Positions 46,432 to 56,656 of a DNA stretch of 64,000 nt are shown here, piece after piece. The stretch spans positions 3,346-67,345 of the forward strand of contig CALXWM010000002.1 in NCBI GenBank assembly GCA_944392425.1, read 5' to 3'. The DNA is from an uncultured Clostridia bacterium (GTDB taxonomy: Bacteria > Bacillota > Clostridia > TANB77 > CAG-508). A program made the translations under genes and the position numbers. The notes below the pieces were generated by a model, which had not been told where the DNA came from, did no database searches, and was given only the letters and a program-made list of their open reading frames with translations. The number at the start of each line of letters is the position of its first letter. Within the stretch, counting starts at the first letter, position 1.

Positions 46432-47634
46432 ATGGCTAAGGAAAAATTTGTAAGAAGTAAGCCACACGTTAACATTGGTACAATCGGACACGTTGACCAT
46501 GGTAAAACAACAACAACAGCAGCTATTACAAAATGGCTAAGCTTAAAAGGACAAGCACAATTCGAAGATTACAGTGCAATCGATAGTGCACCAGAAGAAA
46601 AAGCAAGAGGAATTACAATTAACACAGCTCACGTTGAGTATGAAACAGATAACAGACACTATGCTCACGTTGACTGCCCAGGACACGCAGACTATGTAAA
46701 GAACATGATTACAGGTGCTGCTCAAATGGATGGAGCAATATTAGTTGTTTCAGCAGCTGATGGTCCAATGCCTCAAACAAGAGAGCATATACTACTTGCT
46801 AGACAAGTTGGTGTAAAATACATCGTTGTATTCTTAAATAAATGTGATATGGTTGATGATCCAGAATTACTAGAACTAGTTGAAATGGAAGTTAGAGACT
46901 TATTATCAAGTTATGGTTTCCCTGGAGATGAAATTCCAGTTGTAAAAGGATCAGCATTAAAAGCATTAGAATCAGCATCTAAAGATCCAGAAGCTCCAGA
47001 ATATCAATGCATCAAAGAATTAATGAATGCTGTTGATAGTTATATCCCAACACCTGAAAGACCAGTTGATCAACCATTCTTAATGCCAATTGAGGATGTT
47101 ATGACAATTTCAGGAAGAGGTACAGTTGTTACTGGTAGAGTTGAAAGAGGAGCTTTAAAATTATCTGACGAAGTTGAAATAGTAGGTCTTTCAAAAGACA
47201 GAAAGAAAACTGTTGTTACAGGTATTGAAATGTTCAGAAAAACTCTTGACCAAGCAGAAGCTGGAGACAACGTAGGTGTTCTATTAAGAGGAATTCAAAG
47301 AGAAGAAGTAGAAAGAGGTCAAGTTCTTTCAAAACCAGGAACTATACATCCACATACAAAATTCAAAGCACAAGTATACGTTCTAACAAAAGAAGAAGGT
47401 GGACGTCATACACCATTCTTCAATGGATATAGACCACAATTCTATTTCAGAACAACAGACGTTACAGGATTAATTGATTTACCAGCAGGAACAGAAATGG
47501 TAATGCCTGGAGATAACGTAGATATGACAATCGAATTAATTACACCAATCGCTATCGAACAAGGATTAAGATTCGCTATTCGTGAAGGTGGAAAAACAGT
47601 TGGCAGCGGTGTTGTATCAGAAATAATTGAGTAA
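46432..47634 (+). CDS. tuf: Elongation factor Tu
   Basis: [17 protein letters not shown] and NKCD. Own promoter-like TTGCAT-17-TAGAAT at about 46275-46303. Confidence 0.97.
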   Translation: MAKEKFVRSKPHVNIGTIGHVDHGKTTTTAAITKWLSLKGQAQFEDYSAIDSAPEEKARGITINTAHVEYETDNRHYAHVDCPGHADYVKNMITGAAQMDGAILVVSAADGPMPQTREHILLARQVGVKYIVVFLNKCDMVDDPELLELVEMEVRDLLSSYGFPGDEIPVVKGSALKALESASKDPEAPEYQCIKELMNAVDSYIPTPERPVDQPFLMPIEDVMTISGRGTVVTGRVERGALKLSDEVEIVGLSKDRKKTVVTGIEMFRKTLDQAEAGDNVGVLLRGIQREEVERGQVLSKPGTIHPHTKFKAQVYVLTKEEGGRHTPFFNGYRPQFYFRTTDVTGLIDLPAGTEMVMPGDNVDMTIELITPIAIEQGLRFAIREGGKTVGSGVVSEIIE

Positions 47635-47662
47635 TAATATACAATTTAGTATAATATAAAAT

Positions 47663-47695
47663 AAGGTAGGCAATAGTTTTGCTTACCTTGTTTTT
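47663..47695 (+). terminator. tuf intrinsic terminator
   Basis: AAGGTAGGC / GCTTACCTT stem followed by GTTTTT. Confidence 0.6.
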
Positions 47696-47856
47696 ATGAA
47701 ATCAATTTATATTTTTGTTAGCAAGATATTGACAATATCTCCTACTGTGATAAAATTAAAAGGAACAATGAACAAATATATAATATTGAAATTTACATAA
47801 AAATGTGATATAATATATTATATGTTCATATAATATGAATAAGGAGGTAGAATGTC

Positions 47857-48339
47857 ATGATAACTGCAAAAGAAGTTGCAAAGTATTTTTTATCTAAAGA
47901 TAATGATAAAAAAATGTTTAACACAAATTTAGTTGAATTTCATAATAGAAAAGCATATGAAGGCAATATCAGATTAAACAAGTATTTATATTTTGCACAA
48001 ACAGTATATCTAGCAAAATATGGCAAGTTATTGTTTGAAGATGATTTTGTAGCATATGACAATGGACCAGTTATAAAAGAAATAGTTGAAAATTATCCAT
48101 CAATGCAAGCAAACAGAGAAGAAATAATCTTACCAAAAGAAATAGAACAATTTTTAGACAAAATATATGAATCACTTGCAGATGCAAGTTGTGAAGAATT
48201 GATAGAAATAACACATGAAGATACAGCTTGGAAAGAAGTAAGTGATAAGACATATTATGCTCCAGTAATAAATTTAGAGAAGTATAAGGCTAAATTTGAA
48301 AAACAATATAAAGGATTAATAAAAGTAATGGAGATATAA
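47857..48339 (+). CDS. Panacea-domain (DUF4065, SocA/PanA-like) antitoxin candidate
   Basis: The pattern NKYLYFAQTVYLAKYGKLLFEDDFVAYDNGPVIKEIVENY matches the DUF4065 core as I recall it. RBS AAGGAGG. The stop overlaps the next start (TAATG). Confidence 0.65.
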   Translation: MITAKEVAKYFLSKDNDKKMFNTNLVEFHNRKAYEGNIRLNKYLYFAQTVYLAKYGKLLFEDDFVAYDNGPVIKEIVENYPSMQANREEIILPKEIEQFLDKIYESLADASCEELIEITHEDTAWKEVSDKTYYAPVINLEKYKAKFEKQYKGLIKVMEI

Positions 48340-48767
48340 TGGATTTAGAAGTAGGACAAGTATTATGGTTAAAGGTAAGATATAAAACTAATTTGATTGC
48401 AGATAAAGTTCATCCAATGTTAGTTGCTGTAATAGACATTGATGAAGATAAGATTGAAGTTATAGCGATTGATAAAGCAAAGGACAAAATCTCACAACTA
48501 TATAGCGAAGCAAATTATTTTTTAGATAGTGATAATCCAAAAGAAAAAGTGATATATGTTGATAGTTATGCTCAATTAAATAATACATTAACCATTGAGT
48601 ATTTTCCGGAACTAACAAAATATAGGAAGACGACAGCAAAATTGTCATATAATAAATTAACAGATTTGATAAATGATTATAGAATATACCATAAAAATAA
48701 TTTTATACCGGATGAAAGAAAAGTTCATATGACAAAAGAAGAAATATTACAATTAAATGAAAATTAA
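48339..48767 (+). CDS. Cognate toxin candidate (142 aa), weak PemK/MazF-like N-terminal pattern
   Basis: Translationally coupled to the Panacea gene. VGQVLWLKVRY...HPMLVAVI resembles the G-x-I/V-W...RP-x-LV motif of the PemK/MazF fold, but this is suggestive only. Confidence 0.45.
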   Translation: MDLEVGQVLWLKVRYKTNLIADKVHPMLVAVIDIDEDKIEVIAIDKAKDKISQLYSEANYFLDSDNPKEKVIYVDSYAQLNNTLTIEYFPELTKYRKTTAKLSYNKLTDLINDYRIYHKNNFIPDERKVHMTKEEILQLNEN

Positions 48768-48806
48768 CTAAATGAAAATTTATAAACGTTGAGAAATCAA
48801 CGTTTT

Positions 48807-48950
48807 TTATTGTATAGGAAAAATCAAGTTTTTCCTATACAATAAAAGCATTGCACACAATTTTACATTTGTAAAATTGGCGCACGAACAAAGACGCGGG
48901 CGATGTAAATTTAAAAGTAGAACAAAGTTAGAGGAGCCCGCTTTTGTTCT
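48807..48950 (+). repeat. 144-nt structured repeat, copy B
   Basis: Differs from 14023-14166 at only 2 positions (A/G in cgcggAcgatg, A/G in gttaAagg). Starts right after the toxin-gene terminator (48784-48808). Confidence 0.85.
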
Positions 48951-49168
48951 AATATAGGGAAAAATAATGATTTTTAGATATTAATTTGGAGCGGAATACA
49001 ACAAATATTACAAAATTGTTACAAATATCTTGACTTTGAAGGGCATTAGTTATAAGATAATTATGAATATTTTTATAAATAATAAGATATAAAAAATTTC
49101 CAAGTTGTGTGAAAGAAAACACAAAAAAGCTATGAATAAAAGTAATAATAGGACATAGGAGGAACTAA

Positions 49169-49954
49169 ATGAAAAAACTGCTAAATATATTATCAATAAT
49201 TATAATATTTGCCTTAATAATGGCAAGTGTTAGTTTTGCAAATACAGGAACTTTAAAAGATACAGACTTTTTGAATGTAAGAGAAACTCCATCAACATCA
49301 TCAAACATAGTAACAGTTTTACCTGCAAATGCTTCATTTGATATTATTGCAGAAGAAGGAGATTGGTACCAAATTAAATATCAAGACTATACAGGTTATG
49401 TAAGCAAACAATATGTTAAAGTAAGTGAAACTACTGCAAATACTAGCATTCCAGCAAAAGCAAATTCAAATGGGATAATAAATAGCAATTCAAACATATA
49501 TATTTTACCATTAATTAATTCAACAGTAATAGGAACAGTAAATAGTGGCTCAGAGGTTTTAGTTGTTTCTATAACTGGTAAATGGGCATATATTCAAACA
49601 GATACAGCTTCTGGATGGGTGTTTACTAATAATGTTAACGGTACAGAAGAAACTGCTAGTGAAACTAATAATAACGATACAAGTTCAGAAAATGGAAACA
49701 GTGATGTTGTAGATAATAACGAGGCAGATACAAACTCATCAGCCAATTCAGAAGATTATCCAAAAACAATGTATGTAAATGTTGATGCTGTATATATTAG
49801 GGCACAAGCAACAACTTCATCAGACATTGTAGCAAGTGTAGGACTTAATACGCCAGTTACTGTAAGGGGAGAAGAAGGAGACTGGTATAGAGTATCTGTT
49901 ACTGATGGCGATGGATATATGATGAAGCAATATTTATCAGATAGTAGACAATGA
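49169..49954 (+). CDS. Secreted protein with bacterial SH3 (SH3b) repeats
   Basis: Signal peptide MKKLLNILSIIIIFALIMASVSFA. Repeats of the form LNVRETPSTSSNIVTVLPANASFDIIAEEGDWYQIKYQDYTGYVSKQYV. Confidence 0.7.
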   Translation: MKKLLNILSIIIIFALIMASVSFANTGTLKDTDFLNVRETPSTSSNIVTVLPANASFDIIAEEGDWYQIKYQDYTGYVSKQYVKVSETTANTSIPAKANSNGIINSNSNIYILPLINSTVIGTVNSGSEVLVVSITGKWAYIQTDTASGWVFTNNVNGTEETASETNNNDTSSENGNSDVVDNNEADTNSSANSEDYPKTMYVNVDAVYIRAQATTSSDIVASVGLNTPVTVRGEEGDWYRVSVTDGDGYMMKQYLSDSRQ

Positions 49955-49985
49955 ATTAAATAGTGGGGGCACAGAAAGGAAGTAT

Positions 49986-52424
49986 ATGAATAGGCCAATT
50001 TGTGTTCTCACTATTATTGTAATTGTGGCAATAATAGGACTGCACTCTTGTGGTGTAGTCTTTTTTGACTATGATAAAGTTTATGAATTAGATGAAGCTA
50101 CCCAAGATTTTGAGGGAATCATATTAGGCAAAAAATCTGAAACTGACTATAAAGCAACCTATATTATAGAAATAAATGAAGCACAAAATATTTATGAGCA
50201 AAAAGATAATTCACAAAGCAGTAGAACTGCCAAAACAAATGAGAATATGCAAAATGAAAATGAACAAGAAGAGACTAAAAAAACTGCAGATACACAAATT
50301 TTTGTAGGTAAAAAATTCCTACTAGATGTTAAAAAGAAAGATTATAGCAAAGAATTAGAATATGGTGACATTATTACTTTTAACGCCATATACAATAAGC
50401 CAAATGCTCAAAGAAACTATGGTGGGTATGATTATTCTCTATATTTAAAAACTCAAACCATATATGGAACTTTTGAAGGGTCACAATTACAGCTTAAATC
50501 GAAAAATAAAGGGAGTTTTATACAAAAAGGTATAATTTCATTTGAAGAATATATAAAAGGCATTTTAAAGGCAAATTTAGATGAAAACGAGGCTGAACTA
50601 TGTATAGGATTGGTTATTGGTGATAGAACAAATTTATCAGAAAATATACAAGAAGATTTTAAAACTTCAAATTTAACTCATATGCTTGCAGTATCAGGCT
50701 CTCATTTTGTATATATTATTTTAGCAGTAACTTATATAAACAAATTTTTAAAACGTAAACGATTAGGACAAGTATTAATGCTAATAGTTATAGTATTGTT
50801 TATGAATTTAACCGGTAATACAGGTTCGGTGGTTAGGTCTGGAATAATGGCAGCTTTGGGAATAATAGCAAGCATAATACATAGAAAAGCTGATATATGG
50901 AACAATATGGCTATAGCACTGCTGATTCAAATTTTATTAAATCCATATATAATATTTGATGTAGGAGTACAGCTATCTTATGGTGGAGTTATAGGAATAG
51001 TTGCTTTTAATAAAATTGTAACAAATCAAATAGAACAATTGAGCAATAAAATAAGAGAAAAATTTGCTAATTTAATAAAAGGAAAAAATAAGAAAAATGA
51101 AATTATAAAAATACAAAACTATGAAGATAAAAAAGAAATTGCTAATAAAAGTTGGAATTTATGTGAAAGTATATGCAATTACATTAAAGAATCAATTAGT
51201 GTAACAATTTCAGCAAATATAGTAATTATTCCAATAATGATGTATACTTTTAATACCATTTCATTTTCATTTGTAATTTCAAATTTAATTGCGGGAGCGA
51301 TACTTGGCATAATAGTGCTTTATGCTTTTGCATTAATATTTTTATATATGGTACTACATAATTTTATTTCTCCATTATTTATAATACTTAATTTAATGCT
51401 CAAAATACTAATATCTATTGCTCACATATGTAGTTTAATTCCATTTTCAAAAATATATGTTGTTACTCCAAATGTGGTTTTAATAATATTCTTTTACTTG
51501 TTTTTGCATCTACTTGTAAAGAAGCAAAATAGCATGATATTAAGTAAAAAAACAATAGCTTTTTTTACCATAGCAATAGTAATTTTAAATTTCATTTATC
51601 CTGTAATAACTTCAAAAAGAGATAACTTAGAAATTAATTTTATAGATGTAGGACAAGGAGACAGTACTTTAATTAGAGTTAGTAATAAAACAATTTTGAT
51701 AGATGGAGGAGGTAGCTCATATGGAGAAACATTTGATGTAGGAGAACAAACTTTGTTTCCGTATCTTTTAGATAGAGGAATTAAAACAATAGACTATGTT
51801 ATAGTCTCTCATTTTGACTCAGACCACTGCCAAGGACTTAATTTTGTGATGGAAAATATGAAAGTAAAAAATGCTATTATTTCAAGCTTAGGGCAGGAAT
51901 CTAACGAATATGACACGTTTATAAATTTAGTTCAAAAACAGGAAACGAATTTAATATATGTAAAAAAAGGAGATATTATAAAAATAGGGGAAGCTATTAT
52001 AAAAATTTTATTTCCAGATAATGACCCTATACCGGATAATGAAAAAAATAATAATGCAATAGTTTTTAAATTTCTGTGGAAAAATGTATCAATATTATTT
52101 ACAGGAGACATTGAAGAAAAAGCAGAAAATAAGATATTAAACTTATATGAAGATAATTTAGAAGAGTTAAAATCTACTATATTAAAGGTTGCACATCACG
52201 GTTCAAAAACCTCTACAACAAAGGTATTTTTAGAAGCGGTAAAACCTCAAATTGCACTAATTGGAGTAGGAGAAAATAATAACTTTGGACATCCAAATAG
52301 TGGAGTAATTGAAAGACTTGAAAGCATAGGGTGCAAAATATATAGGACAGACAAATGCGGAGAAATTAATTTTAAGTTTAAAAATAAAATTTCAGTAAGT
52401 ACAAAAATATCTAGCATATTGTAG
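49986..52424 (+). CDS. comEC: DNA internalisation competence protein ComEC/Rec2
   Basis: Polytopic competence domain (HMLAVSGSHF) plus a C-terminal MBL domain (DVGQGDSTLI, SHFDSDH, VAHHGS). Confidence 0.85.
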   Translation: MNRPICVLTIIVIVAIIGLHSCGVVFFDYDKVYELDEATQDFEGIILGKKSETDYKATYIIEINEAQNIYEQKDNSQSSRTAKTNENMQNENEQEETKKTADTQIFVGKKFLLDVKKKDYSKELEYGDIITFNAIYNKPNAQRNYGGYDYSLYLKTQTIYGTFEGSQLQLKSKNKGSFIQKGIISFEEYIKGILKANLDENEAELCIGLVIGDRTNLSENIQEDFKTSNLTHMLAVSGSHFVYIILAVTYINKFLKRKRLGQVLMLIVIVLFMNLTGNTGSVVRSGIMAALGIIASIIHRKADIWNNMAIALLIQILLNPYIIFDVGVQLSYGGVIGIVAFNKIVTNQIEQLSNKIREKFANLIKGKNKKNEIIKIQNYEDKKEIANKSWNLCESICNYIKESISVTISANIVIIPIMMYTFNTISFSFVISNLIAGAILGIIVLYAFALIFLYMVLHNFISPLFIILNLMLKILISIAHICSLIPFSKIYVVTPNVVLIIFFYLFLHLLVKKQNSMILSKKTIAFFTIAIVILNFIYPVITSKRDNLEINFIDVGQGDSTLIRVSNKTILIDGGGSSYGETFDVGEQTLFPYLLDRGIKTIDYVIVSHFDSDHCQGLNFVMENMKVKNAIISSLGQESNEYDTFINLVQKQETNLIYVKKGDIIKIGEAIIKILFPDNDPIPDNEKNNNAIVFKFLWKNVSILFTGDIEEKAENKILNLYEDNLEELKSTILKVAHHGSKTSTTKVFLEAVKPQIALIGVGENNNFGHPNSGVIERLESIGCKIYRTDKCGEINFKFKNKISVSTKISSIL

Positions 52425-52539
52425 ATTATTTTAATATTTTGTATAAATTTTAATATTTTGGAAAAAATATACTCATAAAATAATTTGGACAAACTTACCA
52501 AAAAAATATGTGTTAGTCCAAAAATTTGGAGATGAGTGT

Positions 52540-53142
52540 ATGAAAAAATCAACAATTATTATTTTAATTTGTATAGCTATAGTTTTAGGAATGGTCAGCG
52601 GAATTGTATATGCCATAATAGATAGAAACAATTTGCAAGAAGCTCAAATAAATGAAATTAGAAAAGTTAATGAATTAATAGAATCAAATATAGTAAATAT
52701 TAATGGCTTAAATAATGGTATAGTAGCAACAAGCGGATCGGATATAAAGCTTTCACCTAATGCCTATATAATTTTTGAAAAACATTATACAGATTGTGGA
52801 CATACTATTATTCAAAAACAGCAAATTGAAGCATCGGAAGTAAATAAAGATGAAGAATATTTTAAAAATGCATATAGCGATTGGGAGATAAAAAACTTTA
52901 CAGCAGATGAAGTAAAGTTATATAAGGAATTTCCTGGCTCTTGTAATGAACACTATTTAATAACTGTAGGAGAAGAAAACATAGTAGTTTACTCAATAGA
53001 TAGTGAGGGAAACAAAACTTTAAAAGAAGAAACAGATATACCTGTGCAGTATTTGCCAGAAGAAGATGTGGAACTTTTAAAACAAGGAATAACAGCCTAT
53101 GGTCAAAATGAATTAGCCAAGAAATTAGAAGATTTTGAATAA
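52540..53142 (+). CDS. Membrane-anchored protein, possibly with a BofC C-terminal-like domain
   Basis: ATG 52540 with RBS GGAGA is preferred over GTG 52510. N-terminal TM helix. The C-terminal IVVYSIDSEGN...LPEEDVELLKQGI pattern was recalled from BofC_C-type proteins, so the assignment is low confidence. Confidence 0.45.
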   Translation: MKKSTIIILICIAIVLGMVSGIVYAIIDRNNLQEAQINEIRKVNELIESNIVNINGLNNGIVATSGSDIKLSPNAYIIFEKHYTDCGHTIIQKQQIEASEVNKDEEYFKNAYSDWEIKNFTADEVKLYKEFPGSCNEHYLITVGEENIVVYSIDSEGNKTLKEETDIPVQYLPEEDVELLKQGITAYGQNELAKKLEDFE

Positions 53143-53170
53143 TAGCTAAATTTAATAGTGCATAAAGTAC

Positions 53171-53310
53171 CAAGATACATTCTTCCGCATTTCGCCACGC
53201 GGGTCGCTAGTCGCTCCAGCTTGCACGCTCCACTTCGCAGATAACACATATTGCAAGCCATAAATGCTGTGACTGCTCTCGTTCGCTGAAATGCTCTAGA
53301 ATGTATCTTG
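53171..53310 (-). repeat. GC-rich TIR element (MITE-like), orientation B
   Basis: CAAGATACATTCT ... AGAATGTATCTTG are perfectly complementary termini with a compensatory T>G/A>C change relative to the other copies. The flanks GTAC/GTAC extend the stem. Confidence 0.85.
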
Positions 53311-53349
53311 GTACTTTTGGTACTTTAATTTATTTAATTTTAACTATTA

Positions 53350-53940
53350 TTACTTTTTGTTTCTAACATTTTTTTCAGGCACAGTTTTTGATTGCTTTTT
53401 TAATTCTTCTTTATTTGGCAAATATCCATTTCCATAGAAATATATGAAATACATAATAAGTGAGAATATAGCAAATAAAACAGCCAATGCGTAAATATAT
53501 ATATCAAATCTATAGAAACCATATATTTTAATAATACAAGAGCTTACTACAGCAATATATATTAAAACTGTTGTAAGTTTTCCATACCATTTACTTGAAA
53601 CTACTAGGCTTTTTCCATATAGGAATGAAGCACCAGCAATCATAACAGTTTCTTTTAATACTAGTATAACGACAATCCACCAAGGTATAACATTTTTTAT
53701 TGCTAAAGTTAATAAAATAGAAAGTTGAGTTAACTTATCTGCTAATGGGTCCATTAATTTTCCAAAATCGGATATTGCATTATACTTTCTTGCAATCTTC
53801 CCATCTAATACATCTGTAAATGATGATAGGGTAAAAAGTATTAATGCTAGTAAATAATTATCATATATAAGTGCTAATACAATTGATGGTATAAATATAA
53901 ATCTAATTACTGTTAAAATATTTGGTATGTGTTTTATCAT
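53350..53940 (-). CDS. pgsA: CDP-diacylglycerol--glycerol-3-phosphate 3-phosphatidyltransferase
   Basis: CDP-alcohol phosphatidyltransferase motif DGKIARKYNAISDFGKLMDPLADK and multiple TM segments. Confidence 0.85.
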   Translation of the reverse strand: MIKHIPNILTVIRFIFIPSIVLALIYDNYLLALILFTLSSFTDVLDGKIARKYNAISDFGKLMDPLADKLTQLSILLTLAIKNVIPWWIVVILVLKETVMIAGASFLYGKSLVVSSKWYGKLTTVLIYIAVVSSCIIKIYGFYRFDIYIYALAVLFAIFSLIMYFIYFYGNGYLPNKEELKKQSKTVPEKNVRNKK

Positions 53941-53960
53941 TAAAATCGTTTCCTTTCTGC

Positions 53961-54028
53961 GTCAATGGGGCCCCCTTATTGACACAAGAGTTTTGTTAGT
54001 GTGTCAATAAGGAGAGTCCTTACTGACA
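53961..54028. repeat. Two tandem TGTCAAT-type hairpins downstream of clpE
   Basis: GTCAATGGGGCCCCCTTATTGAC and TGTCAATAAGGAGAGTCCTTACTGACA. Confidence 0.6.
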
Positions 54029-56392
54029 TTACTCTTTTACGCTAAAACTTAGCTTGTCCTCTTTTAAATCAATGTATACTTTTTGTCCGTTTTTTAGTTC
54101 ATTTCTTAGTAACATATCTGAAAGCTCATCTTCAACATATCTTTGTACAGCTCTTCTTAAAGGTCTAGCACCATATTTAATATCTGTTCCTTTTTGTAAT
54201 AAATATTTTTTTGCTTCATCAGAAACGTACATTTTTATGTTTCTGTCATTTAAAACCTTTTGTGTATCTGCAAGCATTAAATTAACGATTTGAGTTAATT
54301 CATCATTACTTAAAGAATCAAATACTACAATTTCGTCCACTCTGTTTAAAAATTCAGGTCTAAATGTTTCTTTTAAACTATCTAAAACTTTATTTTTAGC
54401 ATATGTACTGGTGCCAAAACCTATAGAGTTCATGTTTTGATTAGAGCCTGCATTTGATGTCATTATAATAATAGTATTTTCAAAGCTTACAGTATTTCCT
54501 TGAGCGTCTGTAAGTCTACCATCGTCTAATACTTGAAGTAAGATATTAAATACATCACTATGTGCTTTTTCTATTTCGTCTAATAAAACTATAGAATATG
54601 GATGTCTCTTGACTTTTTCAGTTAATTGACCAGCATCATCATAGCCTACATATCCTGGAGGTGCACCTATAAGTTTCGCTGTTGAGTTACTTTCCATATA
54701 TTCAGACATATCTATTCTAATTATACTTTCTTCACTACCAAAAACTTCTGAGGCAAGTGCTTTTGCTAGTTCTGTTTTACCAACACCAGTAGGACCAACA
54801 AATATAAATGAAGGTGGTCTTTTTGTACTTTTTAGTCCTGCTCTATTTCTTCTAATAGCACGTGCAACAGCTGATACAGCTTCGTTTTGACCAATAACCC
54901 TTTTATGAAGATTGTCTTCCAAAGATAATAGTTTTTGAGTTTCCTCTTCTGTAATTTTTTGAACAGGTATTTTTGTCCAATTTTCAATTACTCTAGCTAT
55001 ATCCTGAATGGTTAAAACTACTGGTTTCATACGTTTTTCAATTGCCTCAATTTGTTCTGTTAAAGAACATTCTTGGGTTTTTAGTTCAGCAGCTTTTTTA
55101 TAATCTTCTGTAGAATCAGCTTCGGCAGCAGCTTCTTTTTGGGCTTGTATATCAGATAATTTATTTCTTAGTATTTCTAAGTCGTATAAATCTTTATTAT
55201 TTAGATTAATTCTTGAGCAAGCTTCATCTAAGACGTCTATTGCTTTGTCTGGTAAAAATCTATCATGTATATATTTTTCAGACATAATTACTGTTTGGCG
55301 AATAACATCATCTGGTATTTGAACTTTGTGGTAATCTTCATAATAGCTTTTTATGCCTTTTAATATTTCAATACTATCAGAAACAGTTGGCTCTTCAACC
55401 ATTACAGGTTGAAATCTTCGCTCGAGAGCAGTGTCTTTTTCAATATATTTTCTGTACTCATTTAAAGTAGTTGTACCAATTAACTGAATAGTGCCATCTG
55501 CTAGTGAAGGTTTTAAGATATTTGCTGCATTCATAGAATGGTCTGCATCTCCAGCACCGATTATATTGTGTATTTCATCAATTACTAGTATAATATTTCC
55601 TGCTGTCTTACATTCTTCTATAATAGACTTCATTCTAGCTTCAAATTGTCCTCTAAACTGTGTACCAGCAACAACTGCAGTCATATCTAATAAAAATACT
55701 TCTTTTGTCAAAAGCTTAGCTGGAACATTGCCTTCTGCAATTCTTAAAGCTAGTCCTTGAGCTATGGCTGTTTTACCAACACCGGGCTCTCCAATTAAAC
55801 AAGGATTATTTTTAGTTCTTCTATTTAATATTTGAATAACTCTTGCAATTTCTTTTTCTCTGCCAATTACTTTATCTATTTCATTATTTCTGGCTTTATT
55901 AGTTAAGTTGGTTCCATATGTATAAAGTGTTTTTAATTTCTTGTTGGCTTTTTTATCTTCTTTTACAGCTTGGCGAGTTTGAGAATTATTATTGTTGTTA
56001 TTGTTTGATCCACTTCCACCAAACATGCCAGAAAAAATTGAACCAAGTGGAATAGCAAATCCTTTAGGACCATCTGCATTTTCGTCTATATCTTCATCAG
56101 TTGCCATATCTTCTGCCATTTTGTTTAAATCCTCTGTAGAAATGCCTTGAATAGCAAGGTTACCAGATAAATCTTTAAACATAGAGTTTAATTGCTCTGT
56201 CATATTATTTATATCACTTTCAGAAAGGTTTGAAGTATTAGAAAATGCGTTTAGGGGGTTAATACCTCTTTTTTTAGCACAGTCATAACAGTAACCTTCT
56301 GTTTTCATTTGACCGTCTTTATCTTGTTTATTAACAAAAATGACAGCCGTATTTTTTTTACAATCTGAACATAACATATTTGTCTTCTCCAA
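54029..56392 (-). CDS. clpE: Hsp100/Clp ATPase of ClpE type (N-terminal zinc ribbon, two AAA+ modules, UVR-like linker, IGF loop)
   Basis: CSDCKK...CYDCAKK zinc ribbon in place of Clp_N repeats. GEPGVGKTAI and GPTGVGKTELAK Walker A motifs. IGF tripeptide NSIGFG. Confidence 0.75.
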   Translation of the reverse strand: MEKTNMLCSDCKKNTAVIFVNKQDKDGQMKTEGYCYDCAKKRGINPLNAFSNTSNLSESDINNMTEQLNSMFKDLSGNLAIQGISTEDLNKMAEDMATDEDIDENADGPKGFAIPLGSIFSGMFGGSGSNNNNNNNSQTRQAVKEDKKANKKLKTLYTYGTNLTNKARNNEIDKVIGREKEIARVIQILNRRTKNNPCLIGEPGVGKTAIAQGLALRIAEGNVPAKLLTKEVFLLDMTAVVAGTQFRGQFEARMKSIIEECKTAGNIILVIDEIHNIIGAGDADHSMNAANILKPSLADGTIQLIGTTTLNEYRKYIEKDTALERRFQPVMVEEPTVSDSIEILKGIKSYYEDYHKVQIPDDVIRQTVIMSEKYIHDRFLPDKAIDVLDEACSRINLNNKDLYDLEILRNKLSDIQAQKEAAAEADSTEDYKKAAELKTQECSLTEQIEAIEKRMKPVVLTIQDIARVIENWTKIPVQKITEEETQKLLSLEDNLHKRVIGQNEAVSAVARAIRRNRAGLKSTKRPPSFIFVGPTGVGKTELAKALASEVFGSEESIIRIDMSEYMESNSTAKLIGAPPGYVGYDDAGQLTEKVKRHPYSIVLLDEIEKAHSDVFNILLQVLDDGRLTDAQGNTVSFENTIIIMTSNAGSNQNMNSIGFGTSTYAKNKVLDSLKETFRPEFLNRVDEIVVFDSLSNDELTQIVNLMLADTQKVLNDRNIKMYVSDEAKKYLLQKGTDIKYGARPLRRAVQRYVEDELSDMLLRNELKNGQKVYIDLKEDKLSFSVKE

Positions 56393-56437
56393 TCTATATA
56401 AAACGATAAATTCTTAAATATTATTTTATTTTTAGTT

Positions 56438-56466
56438 CCAATATATATTTTCCTCACATATATTGG
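56438..56466. repeat. Mini-hairpin resembling the bare termini of the GC-rich TIR element
   Basis: CCAATATAT-attttcctcac-ATATATTGG. Confidence 0.4.
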
Positions 56467-56656
56467 AGTGAGAAATAACTATTAATATAATACATTAAAA
56501 TGCCAAAATAGTCAAATATTTTAGCACTTTTCGAATGTAAATTTTGTGTGTATAAATTATATAAAAGTTTTAATAGAAGTTCTAAAACAATTTTACTACT
56601 AAATATTTACTAAAAAAATTTTAAATGGTATAATTTTAAGCAGAAAGGATGAAATT

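Noticed and set aside
54029-56656. A 'ClpC lacking its N-domain' as a novelty, and a CtsR operator upstream.
   Set aside because: An N-terminal CxxC...CxxC zinc ribbon followed by two AAA+ modules is the known ClpE architecture. I found only a single AGTCAAA half-site at about 56508, not the tandem heptad CtsR box, so no operator is called.
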